DNA from: Gemmatimonadaceae bacterium
Lineage (GTDB): Bacteria; Gemmatimonadota; Gemmatimonadetes; Gemmatimonadales; Gemmatimonadaceae
Direction of reading: 5' to 3'
NCBI GenBank assembly: GCA_020851455.1
Contig: JADZCT010000034.1
Coordinates: 1,200 to 65,199 of the forward strand
DNA length: 64,000 bases
Shown here: one piece after another, positions 18,740 through 27,960 of the stretch
How the letters are laid out: every line of letters starts with the position of its first letter
Position numbering within the stretch: the first letter of the stretch is position 1
Program-made: the position numbers and the translations under genes
The notes under the pieces: model-generated
What the model was told of the DNA's origin: nothing
The model's input: only the letters and a program-made list of their open reading frames with translations
The model's database searches: none

Positions 18740-19888
18740 GTGGCGCGCGCGATACGCGGCGGCCGCGGCCAGCGCGCCAGCGGGTTCACGCTGATGGAAA
18801 TGCTCGTCGCGATGACGCTCACGATGCTCGTGTTCGCCATCACGATCCCGTTCTTCCGTGCGCAGACGCGGGCGATGGGCGCCGGCGCCAACCGTTCCGA
18901 TGCGCTGCAGAACGCCCGTTACGCGCAGGCGACGATTGATCGCGAGCTCCGCCGCGCCGGGGGCGTCTTCGGGCAGCCCGTCATCGTGCAGGCCGCCCCG
19001 TTCTCCGTGACGTTCAACGCGGACCTGTACACTCGCGACACTATCACCGACCCCAACGCGGCGTTTTTCAGCGCCACGCTCGACACCCTCGCGACCGAAT
19101 CCTTTCAGATTGGGCTTGCCAAGGCGCTCCCCACAGGCGGCAGGACCTATCCGACCGCGACGTACACCGACTCCAACGGCACGCGGTCTCCCGCCGAGAC
19201 CATATCGTTCTTCGTGGTGAAGGATGCTTCGGCGGGAAGGAACGACATCTATGCGCTTTACCGGCGCGTGAACGCCAAGGACAGCACCCTGGTTACGTCG
19301 AACCTCTGGATTCCGGCCGACACGGGGTACTTCTTCCGCTACTACCGGGTGGCCGCGAGCGGCGGCATCACGCAGGTCGCGAGTTCGAGCCTGCCGCTCT
19401 ACTGGGACGACGCGGCGCGCACGATAGATTCGCTTGGCGTTGTGGAGATGCGCATCGCCGGCTGGTACCACAACCCGGTTGACAGCACCGACGTCTTTCG
19501 TACCGTGTACCAGCGCACGCGCATTGACAACGGGCTGACGCTGGCGCTGCGGCCGTGCGGCGCCGCGCCGGGCAACCCATCCAACGTCACCGGCGCTCGC
19601 GTCAACAACGCGAATGGCGACCCCGTGCAGGTGAACGTTGCGTGGACAGCGTCGGCCGACGACGGCACCGGCGAGAAGGATGTCACGGCGTACGCGATCC
19701 TGCGGAAGCCCTTCGCCGGAACCGCGTGGAGCGCGGTGGGCAACGTTCCCGCGCGCGGCGCGGGCACGTACAGCTTTGCCGACTACGCGCCGGTTCGCGG
19801 GACGTGGGTGTACGGCGTGGCTGCCATTGACTGCGGCCCGTCGTGGTCGGGGACGGCATCGCAGGCCAGCTCGGTAACCATACCGTGA
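18740..19888 (+). CDS. PilW-like type IV minor pilin with C-terminal FN3-like module
   Basis: GTG at 18740 (or TTG at 18734) lies right at the pilV-like stop. Prepilin motif G|FTLMEMLVAMTLTMLVFAITIPFF. The last ~105 aa look fibronectin-III-like (VNVAWTASADDGTGEKDVTAYAILRK...TYSFADY...YGVAAIDCG). Confidence 0.7.
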   Translation: MARAIRGGRGQRASGFTLMEMLVAMTLTMLVFAITIPFFRAQTRAMGAGANRSDALQNARYAQATIDRELRRAGGVFGQPVIVQAAPFSVTFNADLYTRDTITDPNAAFFSATLDTLATESFQIGLAKALPTGGRTYPTATYTDSNGTRSPAETISFFVVKDASAGRNDIYALYRRVNAKDSTLVTSNLWIPADTGYFFRYYRVAASGGITQVASSSLPLYWDDAARTIDSLGVVEMRIAGWYHNPVDSTDVFRTVYQRTRIDNGLTLALRPCGAAPGNPSNVTGARVNNANGDPVQVNVAWTASADDGTGEKDVTAYAILRKPFAGTAWSAVGNVPARGAGTYSFADYAPVRGTWVYGVAAIDCGPSWSGTASQASSVTIP

Positions 19889-22101
19889 CGCTCACCCGCC
19901 GCGGCCGCCGCGGGTCGGCGCTCGTGCTCGTGCTGCTCATGACGCTCGCGCTCGCGGGGCTGGCGATTTCGGCCGTACTCATGACGTCGAGTTCGGCGCT
20001 GATGCAGCGGTACTTCGACAAGGAGAAGGACTTCCGGTATTCCGCACGGGCGGCCGTTGCGCTCGTGAAGAGCCTCGTCCAGCGCGACACGACGGTGGTG
20101 GTTCCCGGCGACACCGCCCTGCGTGTATTCACGGGCGCGACGATCGCCGACGCTGGCGGCGTGGCCAACGGCTCGATCAGGGTGAATGGGTTCGCGGCAT
20201 ACACCGGCGACACCGCCGGAACGCACGTTCCGTTCCTCACTGTCATGGCCCAGGCGTACGACTCGGCCGGCGTGCGCAGCGTTGTGCGCGAGGACATGCA
20301 GTCCGACGCGTTTTCCCGTTACGCGATGTTCATGGACTCCGTGTCGCTGGGCGTCATCCCTTCAGGCCAGATTTTCCGCGGCCGGGTCCACGGCAATCGC
20401 GGTTGGCTCCAGTCGGCCGCGCCTCCCGGGCCGGACTACTACGACACGCTCACGGTGGTGGGGTCGCTGAGCGGCAGCGGCAGCTTCCGCGGGCCGCCAG
20501 CCGTGACGGGAGTGGGCAGGATTCGGTGGCCCACGACGACGACGCTGGCGCCGCTGGCTGCGCTGGGGCAGGCGGGGAACCTCGCATTTGCGCCGGTTTC
20601 GGCGAGTGACTGGGCGGCGTGCTCGGACCTCGGCGCTTCCGGAATAGACCTCACTGGCAGGGATCCGACCGGCGTGTGCTGGGCGTGGTGGGCTTACGTT
20701 TCGCCGTTCACGCAGGTGCCCAGCGGCACACGCCTGCGGCTTCGCCCGGTGGACGTGAACGCCAACGGCGTGTACGACGCTGCCGAGGGTTTCTTCGAAG
20801 TGTACGACCTGAGCCCCGGGATTGACACCAGCAGCCTGCGCGCGGACATCTCCCGCGTCGGCGGCAACCCGAACAACATCGTCGTCCAGAACCAGTGCGG
20901 CCTGATGGTCACGATCGCCGGGCGGCGTGAGTTCTTCCCGGTGGCACGATTCCGCGAGGGCTGGGTCCGGAACCGCGTGCAGCTGAGCACCGCGCCAGTC
21001 GTCAGCGCGGGCGATGCGTGGACCATGAGCCAGAGCACCGGTGACTCGCCGTCCGCAGCGGCGGTAAGCAAGATCCTCAGCTACGGCGTCGGCTACTCCC
21101 GGTGCTTCCCCGCGGGCAGCCCGTACCTGATGCTGACCGAGCGATACGTGGGGAGCGGCAGCGGGTGCGTCCCCACCTTGGGCGTGACGTCCGGCATGTC
21201 GGCGCCGTACCCCTACGCGTGGGGCGCAGTCGGAGGCGGGTGCGGGGCCGCAAAGCAGTACGGCGGGCAGGATACGACGTTCACGCCCACCGGAAGCCGA
21301 TGCCGGTTGGTGGGCGTGGCCGGGCAATGTGCGCCATATGGTGCGCGTCTGGGATCGTGGAAAGCGTACTCCGGCACAAACACGGCGAGCATTTCCGGAA
21401 CGGTGATGCAGGGTGTCGAGCGTCCTTACCTCTGGCCCATCTCGCCTACCTACAACCCGAACTCGCGCGGCGTCGCGTACGCATCGAACACGAACCCGCT
21501 TTACGTGAGCGGAGCACTGCGCGGGTACCTCACGCTCTACTCGCTCGGTAAGATCGTTCTCATTGACGACGTCGTGTACGACGGAGACCCAACCGCCCCG
21601 GGAAACCTCTGCCGCAACTTCCTCGGCCTCATCGGCGCCCGCGGCGTGGATATTGCCGACAATGCGCTGAACAGGCCGCGGCCCGATCCGGGCGGAACGT
21701 ACAGGTTTCTTGGAACTCCGGACTTCACCCTGCACGGCATAGTGATGTCGCTTGCCGCGCCGTTCACGGTCGAGGGGTGGTCGAACAGCCAGGCGACGTC
21801 GCCGGCGCTGAGCTGCAACGGCGTGAGCAGTTCCGGCGGCTGCATCAACCATACGGGCGGCGTCATCGCGAAATACTACGCAGCCACGACTTCAGGACCG
21901 AGCAGTGGGCTCGTCGAGAACCGCACCTACGATCCCTGCCAGGCGCAGCCGGCGAACCGGAGGCCTCCATACTTCCCGCTGACCGGACGGTACACGGACT
22001 ACAAGTCGTACGAGCTCGACACGAGGCGGCTTGCCACATGGCCCGCGGTCAAGGCTTATCTGGCGCGGCTCAGGGGCGGCACGGAACGCGCCGTCCCCTG
22101 A
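19885..22101 (+). CDS. large PilX-N-domain protein (putative pilus tip/adhesin component)
   Basis: GTG at 19885 overlaps the upstream stop (GTGA). N-terminus RRGSALVLVLLMTLALAGLAISAVLMTSSSALMQRYF fits the PilX N-terminal pattern. The remaining ~690 aa are G/S/T/Y-rich and look secreted. Confidence 0.6.
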   Translation: MTLTRRGRRGSALVLVLLMTLALAGLAISAVLMTSSSALMQRYFDKEKDFRYSARAAVALVKSLVQRDTTVVVPGDTALRVFTGATIADAGGVANGSIRVNGFAAYTGDTAGTHVPFLTVMAQAYDSAGVRSVVREDMQSDAFSRYAMFMDSVSLGVIPSGQIFRGRVHGNRGWLQSAAPPGPDYYDTLTVVGSLSGSGSFRGPPAVTGVGRIRWPTTTTLAPLAALGQAGNLAFAPVSASDWAACSDLGASGIDLTGRDPTGVCWAWWAYVSPFTQVPSGTRLRLRPVDVNANGVYDAAEGFFEVYDLSPGIDTSSLRADISRVGGNPNNIVVQNQCGLMVTIAGRREFFPVARFREGWVRNRVQLSTAPVVSAGDAWTMSQSTGDSPSAAAVSKILSYGVGYSRCFPAGSPYLMLTERYVGSGSGCVPTLGVTSGMSAPYPYAWGAVGGGCGAAKQYGGQDTTFTPTGSRCRLVGVAGQCAPYGARLGSWKAYSGTNTASISGTVMQGVERPYLWPISPTYNPNSRGVAYASNTNPLYVSGALRGYLTLYSLGKIVLIDDVVYDGDPTAPGNLCRNFLGLIGARGVDIADNALNRPRPDPGGTYRFLGTPDFTLHGIVMSLAAPFTVEGWSNSQATSPALSCNGVSSSGGCINHTGGVIAKYYAATTSGPSSGLVENRTYDPCQAQPANRRPPYFPLTGRYTDYKSYELDTRRLATWPAVKAYLARLRGGTERAVP

Positions 22102-22120
22102 CGTCTCTCGAAGTCGCCGG

Positions 22121-22735
22121 CTAGAGCAGCTTACCCTGGCTTTCGTCCGCCGGAAGGACGACATGGCAGGCGCGGCACCTCGCCTCGTACGACTCGGTGC
22201 CTCCCACCATGACAACCGGCGAATCGTAGCGCGCCGGCTGTCCGCCGATGAGCCGCTGGTTGCGCGTTGCAGGCGCGCCACAGCGCACGCATATCGCGTG
22301 CAGCTTGTCCACGACCTCGGCGGCACACAGCAGATGCGGCATCGCCCCGAACGGTTCGCCGCGGAAATCGGTGTCGGTGCCCGCGAGGATCACCCGCCGC
22401 CCCCGCGCGGCCAGGCTGTTGGCGAGCGGCACTATTCCGGCGTCGAGGAACTGGACTTCATCAATGGCGACGACCTGTGCGTGCGGGTCGAGGCGTAGCG
22501 CGATCTGCTGCGCCGAGTCCACCGGGATTGCCTCGATGCTGCGGCCGTCGTGTGAGCCGACTGCGTACACGCCGTTGTAGCGGTCGTCGAGGTGCGACTT
22601 GAACACCTGCACCCGCTTCCTGGCGATGAGGGCGCGACGCACGCGGCGGATCAGCTCCTCGCTCTTTCCGCTGAACATCACGCCCGCGATGACCTCTATC
22701 CACCCCCCGTTGGGCTGGAAGATGCCAACGGTCAC
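22121..22735 (-). CDS. tdk: thymidine kinase
   Basis: 204 aa with P-loop [12 protein letters not shown], the motif AIDEVQFLD, and the C-terminal zinc ribbon CVRCG...CRACH. Confidence 0.95.
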   Translation of the reverse strand: MTVGIFQPNGGWIEVIAGVMFSGKSEELIRRVRRALIARKRVQVFKSHLDDRYNGVYAVGSHDGRSIEAIPVDSAQQIALRLDPHAQVVAIDEVQFLDAGIVPLANSLAARGRRVILAGTDTDFRGEPFGAMPHLLCAAEVVDKLHAICVRCGAPATRNQRLIGGQPARYDSPVVMVGGTESYEARCRACHVVLPADESQGKLL

Positions 22736-24261
22736 GACCTTGGTTCTCCGCGCCTTGGCCCGCCGCGCGGGCTGCGCGCCGGCGCACTCCGCTCACCACG
22801 TTCACTGCGGCTGAACCCGCGCGGCGGCCCGCCCCGATCATCGCGGTCGCCGCGGCTGAACCCGCGCGGCGGTCCACTCCGATCATCGCGATCGCCGCGG
22901 CTGAACCCGCGAGGCGGCCTGCTCCGATCATCGCGGTCGCCGCGGCTGAACCCGCGAGGCGGCCTGCTCCGATCATCACGCTCGCCGCGGCTGAATCCTC
23001 GAGGAGGGCCGCCTCTGTCGCGATCGCGTGGCTGCCTGGGTCTGTCGCCGCCGCGCTCCTCCCTGAAGCGCGGCCCGGGAGCACGGAGCCCGGGTTCATC
23101 GCGTCTGGCGGTGGCCGGTTCGCGCGGCTCCGCCGGCTTGGCCTGCCGTGCTGCCGCGCGGGCTGCTGCCTGCGCCTCGTGCATGCGGAGCATCGCGCCG
23201 GCTACCGTGAGGGCGTCGAACTCATCGAGCAGCGGCTCCAGCGCGAGCATCTCGCGCGAGGGCAGCCTGGCGCGGATGTCGCGGCGGATACCCTCACGCA
23301 TGGCTTCTTCCGCCGCGACTGCGCCTTCACGCGACTGGGCGGGAGCGAACGGGATCATCTCGCCGGCACCGGGCAGCGAAGCGAGCACCGCGCGTTCGCG
23401 CGCGGCCACCAGTGCAACGATCCGGGCCGGCGTGCCGGAGCGGACCGCGCCAAGTTGCTCGGCCGTGGGTGCGCCGAGGAGAATGACGAGAGCAGCTCCG
23501 CCGGTCGCGCCATCGGGAGCAAGCGCCGCGAGCGGCGAAGCGGCCGGGTATCCCATCGCGGCGAGTGCGGCGCGCGCCGCGTCCGCGAGTGCCTGGTTGC
23601 CGGGAACGATGGCCGCGGACGGGGCGTCAACCAGGTCCAACACGTCGGCAAGGGCTCCTTCCGGGTGGCCGGACCGCGTGGGCAACACCTCGATTGCCGG
23701 GCCCGCGACTGCGGCCTGCGGTGGTGCACGCAATGACGAGTCGAGCCTGCGCGCGCCGTGCAGGTGCGCGGTCACGAGTTCGTCAACGAACGGCGTCACG
23801 CTTGAGCATGTGAGCACCTTCGCGACGCCACGGGGCACTTCAGCGAGCACGGCATCGAGAACTGGCCGGTCGGCTGCGAGTTCGTCGGCGGCCACGAGGG
23901 CCACTCCGCTCACCGATCCGAGCGCCAGCGCGCTCGCCTGCATGAGCCCCAAAGCAATGCCTGGCGTGGTCACCACGATCGGCGGCTGCGCCACCGCCAC
24001 CAGCCGGCGCGCGCGCCGCACGGACGACAGCGGCATCACGGGCGGGCAGTCAGGCACTGCGGCGCGCAGCGCGGCCGCGAGCGCCGCCGTGTCTCCCGGC
24101 GTTGGCACGATCACGAGGACCTGAGTGGCTGCCTCGGTGGCGGTTACCCTGGACACCATAGCGCGCAGCCGCTCGGCGACCGACGGCCACGACGGGGCAA
24201 GCACATGCACGGTATTGCTGGTGCGCGCGGCCTGGGGCTCTGCGCGCTCGACTGATGACAC
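22732..24261 (-). CDS. DEAD-box-helicase-like protein with degenerate motifs and C-terminal RGG-type repeat tail
   Basis: 509 aa. Remnants of the helicase motifs are in the correct order: [10 protein letters not shown] (Ia-like), IVVTTPGIA (Ib-like), [10 protein letters not shown] (II-like) and VLTCSSVTP (III-like). No Walker A GSGKT and no HRIGRTGR. A DeaD-like segment ([22 protein letters not shown]) is followed by five [14 protein letters not shown] repeats. The stop overlaps the tdk start (GTGA). Confidence 0.65.
   Translation of the reverse strand: MSSVERAEPQAARTSNTVHVLAPSWPSVAERLRAMVSRVTATEAATQVLVIVPTPGDTAALAAALRAAVPDCPPVMPLSSVRRARRLVAVAQPPIVVTTPGIALGLMQASALALGSVSGVALVAADELAADRPVLDAVLAEVPRGVAKVLTCSSVTPFVDELVTAHLHGARRLDSSLRAPPQAAVAGPAIEVLPTRSGHPEGALADVLDLVDAPSAAIVPGNQALADAARAALAAMGYPAASPLAALAPDGATGGAALVILLGAPTAEQLGAVRSGTPARIVALVAARERAVLASLPGAGEMIPFAPAQSREGAVAAEEAMREGIRRDIRARLPSREMLALEPLLDEFDALTVAGAMLRMHEAQAAARAAARQAKPAEPREPATARRDEPGLRAPGPRFREERGGDRPRQPRDRDRGGPPRGFSRGERDDRSRPPRGFSRGDRDDRSRPPRGFSRGDRDDRSGPPRGFSRGDRDDRGGPPRGFSRSERGERSAPARSPRGGPRRGEPRS
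22795..23030. repeat. about five tandem copies of a 45-bp unit (coding, in frame)
   Basis: Units start at about 22801, 22846, 22891, 22936 and 22981 (gatcatcgcggtcgccgcggctgaacccgcgMggcggYcNNctcc). They are nearly identical. On the minus strand they encode [15 protein letters not shown]. Confidence 0.9.
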
Positions 24262-24335
24262 TTCAACCTCCGCGGGGTTTGGCGCGGAGCTTGCCCCGCA
24301 CGTATCGTTCCGCAGCCAAATCTAGCGCCCCACCG

Positions 24336-25538
24336 ATGCCCACGCCCGGTTTCGAGCCGTCAGCCAACGTTGCCCGCCTGCGCGAGAGCGCGACGATCGC
24401 CGTGTCGCAGCGGGCAAAGGCGTTGCGGGCGGCGGGCCGTGCCATCCTGGACCTCGGCGCGGGCGAACCCGACTTCGACACCCCGGCGCCGATTCGTGAG
24501 TCCGCGAAAGCGGCCATTGACGGCGGGGCCACGCGGTACACGGCCACCCAGGGCACGGCCGAGCTTCGCGCCGCGATCGCGGCGAAGGCCTCGAGACGCC
24601 GTGGCGAAACGATCGGGCCGGACGAAATCGTGGTGTCGTCCGGCTCCAAGCAATCGCTCTTCAATGCCTGCTACTGCCTTTTCGGGCCGGGTGACGAGGT
24701 GCTCGTGCCCACGCCTGCCTGGACGAGCTATTACGAAATGGTCAGTCTCGCGCGCGCGACGCCGGTGGCAGTGCACGGCAGCCCGGACCACGGCTTTCGC
24801 GTGACACCAGCCATGATCGAGCGTCACGCGACGAACCGCACGCGCGGCCTGATGCTCAACTCGCCGGTCAACCCTACCGGCACGGTCTACTCGGGCGCGG
24901 AACTGCGTGAGCTCCTCGCCCTCGCGGCCGCGCGCGGGTGGTGGGTGATCAGCGACGAGATCTACCTGCGTATCGTGTACGGCGGCCCGGCGGCGTCGAG
25001 TCTCGACGTCGCCCCGGCGCGTGAGCGTCTGGTCGTGGTGGACGGCGTCGCAAAGGCATTCGCGATGACCGGCTGGCGCATTGGCTGGTCGGTTGCGCCG
25101 CCGGAGCTGACCCGTGCGATGACCGCGTTCCAGTCGCACACCACGTTCAGCGCTTCGGCGCCGTCGCAAGCCGCCGCCCTTGCCGCGGTTACCGGCGGGC
25201 CGGAGCTCGACGCAGCCGTAGCGCAGATGGTCGCGCGATTCCGTGAGCGGCGCGACGCTGCCATGGCCATTCTCGCAACGGAACCGGCGATCACGCTGGC
25301 GCCGCCGGAGGGCGCGTTCTACCTGTTCCTGCGTGCGCCCGGCGCGGGACGGGTCCGGGACGCAGGCACGGCGTTCGCCTCGCTGCTCCTCGAGCGGTTC
25401 GACGTTGCGGTCGTCCCCGGCGCCGCGTTCGAGACGCCCGACTGGATCCGCGTGTCGTACGCCACTGAGCGCGCCGCCGTGGAAGAGGCAAGCAGGAGGA
25501 TCGTTGCCGCGTACCATGAGGCCTCGCGCGGGCTGTAG
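24336..25538 (+). CDS. aspartate/aromatic aminotransferase (class I PLP-dependent)
   Basis: Trimmed to the ATG at 24336 (MPTPGFEPSANVARL). Motifs GEPDFDTP, NSPVNPTG, and the PLP lysine in DGVAKAFAMTGWRIGW. Confidence 0.9.
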   Translation: MPTPGFEPSANVARLRESATIAVSQRAKALRAAGRAILDLGAGEPDFDTPAPIRESAKAAIDGGATRYTATQGTAELRAAIAAKASRRRGETIGPDEIVVSSGSKQSLFNACYCLFGPGDEVLVPTPAWTSYYEMVSLARATPVAVHGSPDHGFRVTPAMIERHATNRTRGLMLNSPVNPTGTVYSGAELRELLALAAARGWWVISDEIYLRIVYGGPAASSLDVAPARERLVVVDGVAKAFAMTGWRIGWSVAPPELTRAMTAFQSHTTFSASAPSQAAALAAVTGGPELDAAVAQMVARFRERRDAAMAILATEPAITLAPPEGAFYLFLRAPGAGRVRDAGTAFASLLLERFDVAVVPGAAFETPDWIRVSYATERAAVEEASRRIVAAYHEASRGL

Positions 25539-25687
25539 GGCGGTAGCCGCGTTGAGAGGGCGTGCACGGGCATGGGAGCTGGGCACGTGCGGCCCGTGCT
25601 GGCGCCGGCGCACGGGTTGTATCGTGACGGCAGGGGGAGCCATGTTTCCACGCGTAGCCTGCATCCCGCTCCCGTGCCCCGCGTGCC

Positions 25688-25966
25688 ATGATCACCACGA
25701 TCGTCCTCGTTCGCGCCGACCCGAAGCAGATACCCCAGTGCGCCCGCCACCTCGCGGGGATGGACGGCGTGACCGATGTCTATTCCGTGTCGGGCGACTG
25801 GGATCTCGTCGTCATCCTGAGGGTCGCGAAGTACGAGGATATAGCGCGCGTCGTGACGGAAGAGTTTCCGCGCGTCCCCGGGCTGGCGAGGACGACGACG
25901 CTCACGGCTTTCCGTGCCTACTCGAAGGCAGACCTCGAGCAGGCCTGGGACATCGGAACCGGCTGA
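25688..25966 (+). CDS. stand-alone Lrp/AsnC ligand-binding (RAM) domain protein
   Basis: 92 aa: ITTIVLVRADPKQIPQCARHLAGMDGVTDVYSVSGDWDLVVILRV. It matches the AsnC_trans_reg domain and has no HTH. Confidence 0.75.
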   Translation: MITTIVLVRADPKQIPQCARHLAGMDGVTDVYSVSGDWDLVVILRVAKYEDIARVVTEEFPRVPGLARTTTLTAFRAYSKADLEQAWDIGTG

Positions 25967-25984
25967 GGCGGCGCCGGGCGGCTG

Positions 25985-26971
25985 CTACTTGGCCGGCTTC
26001 GGCAGGTCGAGGCACCAGTCGGACGGAGCGCGGAGCGCTTCATGCCACTGGCCGCCCTTGAACGCGAGCACGACGAGCTGGTTCCGGCCGCCGAACTTCC
26101 ACGCCTCGAGCATGATCTCGTCCACGCCGTCGCCGTTTACGTCCAGCCGGTCCACGAGGCGCTGGAACTCGACGCCTTTCGCGTCGCCGCTCTTCACGTG
26201 GCGGTAAGTGGCTACGTATCCGGTGTCGGCCTTGTCGAAGAGCGCGAGGATGTGGGACGTGTGCCCGATTCCGGGCGCCACGTCTCCCGCCTGCTGGTCA
26301 ATGAACGACACGAGCAGCGTCGGGTTCTTCGTCGCGCCGGTGTTGAGCATTCTCGCAACGAAGTCGAGCGAGTCGAGCTCCTGTTTATCCATCCCGTTCT
26401 GTGCGCCGAGCGCCTGGCCGAGGGAACGGCCGAGCTGGGCTATCGCGGCGTCGGGCGGCAGAACCGGGGGCTTGCCCGGATGAGCCGTCATCGCGGTTGA
26501 CGACGCGATGAGCTCAACGGAGGGATCGGACGGCGACGTCTCGAAGTCGAGCCGGGCAGCCCCGACCGGCCGCAGTTCGCGGCATCCGGGCAACGGATAA
26601 AGCGGCGCATCGCCGCCGGTCCACATCCCGCGTGTCACCGTCACGGTGCCGCGCGGCGCATCGTCGGAGTACACCTCGTACCTGGATCCTGGCGCGAGAT
26701 AAGCGCTGTCGAGCTCGCGCCAGCCCGCGCGGGTGAGCGCGATCGGCTTGATTGCCCCGTTGGTCACCGCGGCGATCGGCATGATCTTTGGTTCTTTCGC
26801 GTCGCCGAACACCTGAAAAAGGACCGTCGGGTGGCTCGCGAGGTCGAGCGCGGGGACGCCGTCCGGCAGAACCTGGTTGGGGTCGGCCTTGGATGCCTTG
26901 TCGCAGGCGGCTACGGCGAGTAGCATGGCCACGACGAGTCCACCGGAACGCACTGGCAGCGAGGGTCTCAT
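25985..26971 (-). CDS. lipoprotein, function unknown
   Basis: Trimmed to the ATG at 26971. Lipobox LLAVAAC. The C-terminus has an FG-GAP/calcium-loop-like DVNGDGVDEI. Confidence 0.65.
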   Translation of the reverse strand: MRPSLPVRSGGLVVAMLLAVAACDKASKADPNQVLPDGVPALDLASHPTVLFQVFGDAKEPKIMPIAAVTNGAIKPIALTRAGWRELDSAYLAPGSRYEVYSDDAPRGTVTVTRGMWTGGDAPLYPLPGCRELRPVGAARLDFETSPSDPSVELIASSTAMTAHPGKPPVLPPDAAIAQLGRSLGQALGAQNGMDKQELDSLDFVARMLNTGATKNPTLLVSFIDQQAGDVAPGIGHTSHILALFDKADTGYVATYRHVKSGDAKGVEFQRLVDRLDVNGDGVDEIMLEAWKFGGRNQLVVLAFKGGQWHEALRAPSDWCLDLPKPAK

Positions 26972-27008
26972 GGGCGAATCGTACGGCGGGCTGCCGCCGG
27001 GGGCAAGC

Positions 27009-27956
27009 ATGGAGGCAGTTGCGCGGTTCCTTGCCGGCCTCCGGGGCAGCAGCGCCTGGCCAGCTTCCCCCGCGTCTGCCGAGTCGTTCGGCCTCCCGGA
27101 ACGGCGTCCTGCGGCCGTCGTGGACGCCGACCCTTTGGAGGAGGTGGCCGAGGGCGGGCTGGCGGTTCCAGGCGTCCCTGAGCCCGGCTTCGCGGCGTTC
27201 CTTGACGGCATCCAGCGTTCAGTCGTGCTTCCGGGCGGCCCGCATGGCGTGCCGCTGGTCTACGGCACCGTTGCGGCAGCCATCCGCCGCCGGCGGGATG
27301 ACCGCGTGCTGGAGACGTGGGGCGGCGGCGCGATCGTGCGCCATTCGCTCTACGCCCCGGTTGCGCGCGCCGACCGCGGCGTGCTCGGCCAGGCCGGCGC
27401 CGCCGGGCTCGACGTCGTTGACACGGCGGCGGAAGGCGCGCATCCGCATGAGGTTCTCTCGGCGGCGCTTGACGCCATCCACCGGGCACGCGGGGCGGTC
27501 GAAGCCGAACTCGCCACGCGCTGGTGCGCGCGGGAGACGGCGCTGCTCTACGTGGACGGCGGGATTGCCGGGCTTGGCGAGCCGGCGTCGAGCGACCGCG
27601 CCGTTGGGGTGGTCAAGTCGCATCGCACCGTATACGGCGGGCAGGCGGCCATGAACGCCGCGTTCGCGATGGCAGCCGGCCAGCGAACGCACGCATTCAC
27701 GGTCGAAGGCCGCGGCCGCGCCAGCGTCGCCAGCTGGTATCTCCGGTTGCACGCGGGCGACGGCACCGACCCGTTCGGCGGAATCGTGAGGGTCGAGGTT
27801 GCCAGCGGCGCGTTTACGTCTGAGCGTGCCGACTCCGTCTCGCGCTGGATCCTCGCCGAGCGGTCGCCGGTCGCTCTTCCCGACCCACGCTGGCGCGTGA
27901 TGCCGTACGGGATAAGGGCGGTGGAAGAGTACCTGCGCGCAGCCGTTCCGCGATAG
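27009..27956 (+). CDS. nurA: NurA-family nuclease
   Basis: Trimmed to the ATG at 27009, because earlier starts would overlap the divergent lipoprotein gene. NurA-like motif series: AAFLDGIQRS (catalytic Asp), LLYVDGGIAGL, AVGVVKSHRT, and C-terminal PYGIRAVEEYLR. It lies 4 nt upstream of herA. Confidence 0.62.
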   Translation: MEAVARFLAGLRGSSAWPASPASAESFGLPERRPAAVVDADPLEEVAEGGLAVPGVPEPGFAAFLDGIQRSVVLPGGPHGVPLVYGTVAAAIRRRRDDRVLETWGGGAIVRHSLYAPVARADRGVLGQAGAAGLDVVDTAAEGAHPHEVLSAALDAIHRARGAVEAELATRWCARETALLYVDGGIAGLGEPASSDRAVGVVKSHRTVYGGQAAMNAAFAMAAGQRTHAFTVEGRGRASVASWYLRLHAGDGTDPFGGIVRVEVASGAFTSERADSVSRWILAERSPVALPDPRWRVMPYGIRAVEEYLRAAVPR

Positions 27957-27960
27957 CGGC

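Noticed and set aside
22795-23030. Possible CRISPR array suggested by regular direct repeats
   Set aside because: The 45-bp units are contiguous with no spacers. They are in frame within a long ORF and encode a peptide repeat. No cas genes are present.
25563-25599. Hairpin GCACGGGC...GCCCGTGC after the aminotransferase gene as an intrinsic terminator
   Set aside because: The stem is only 8 bp, the loop is 21 nt and there is no U-tract. This is too weak to report as a feature.
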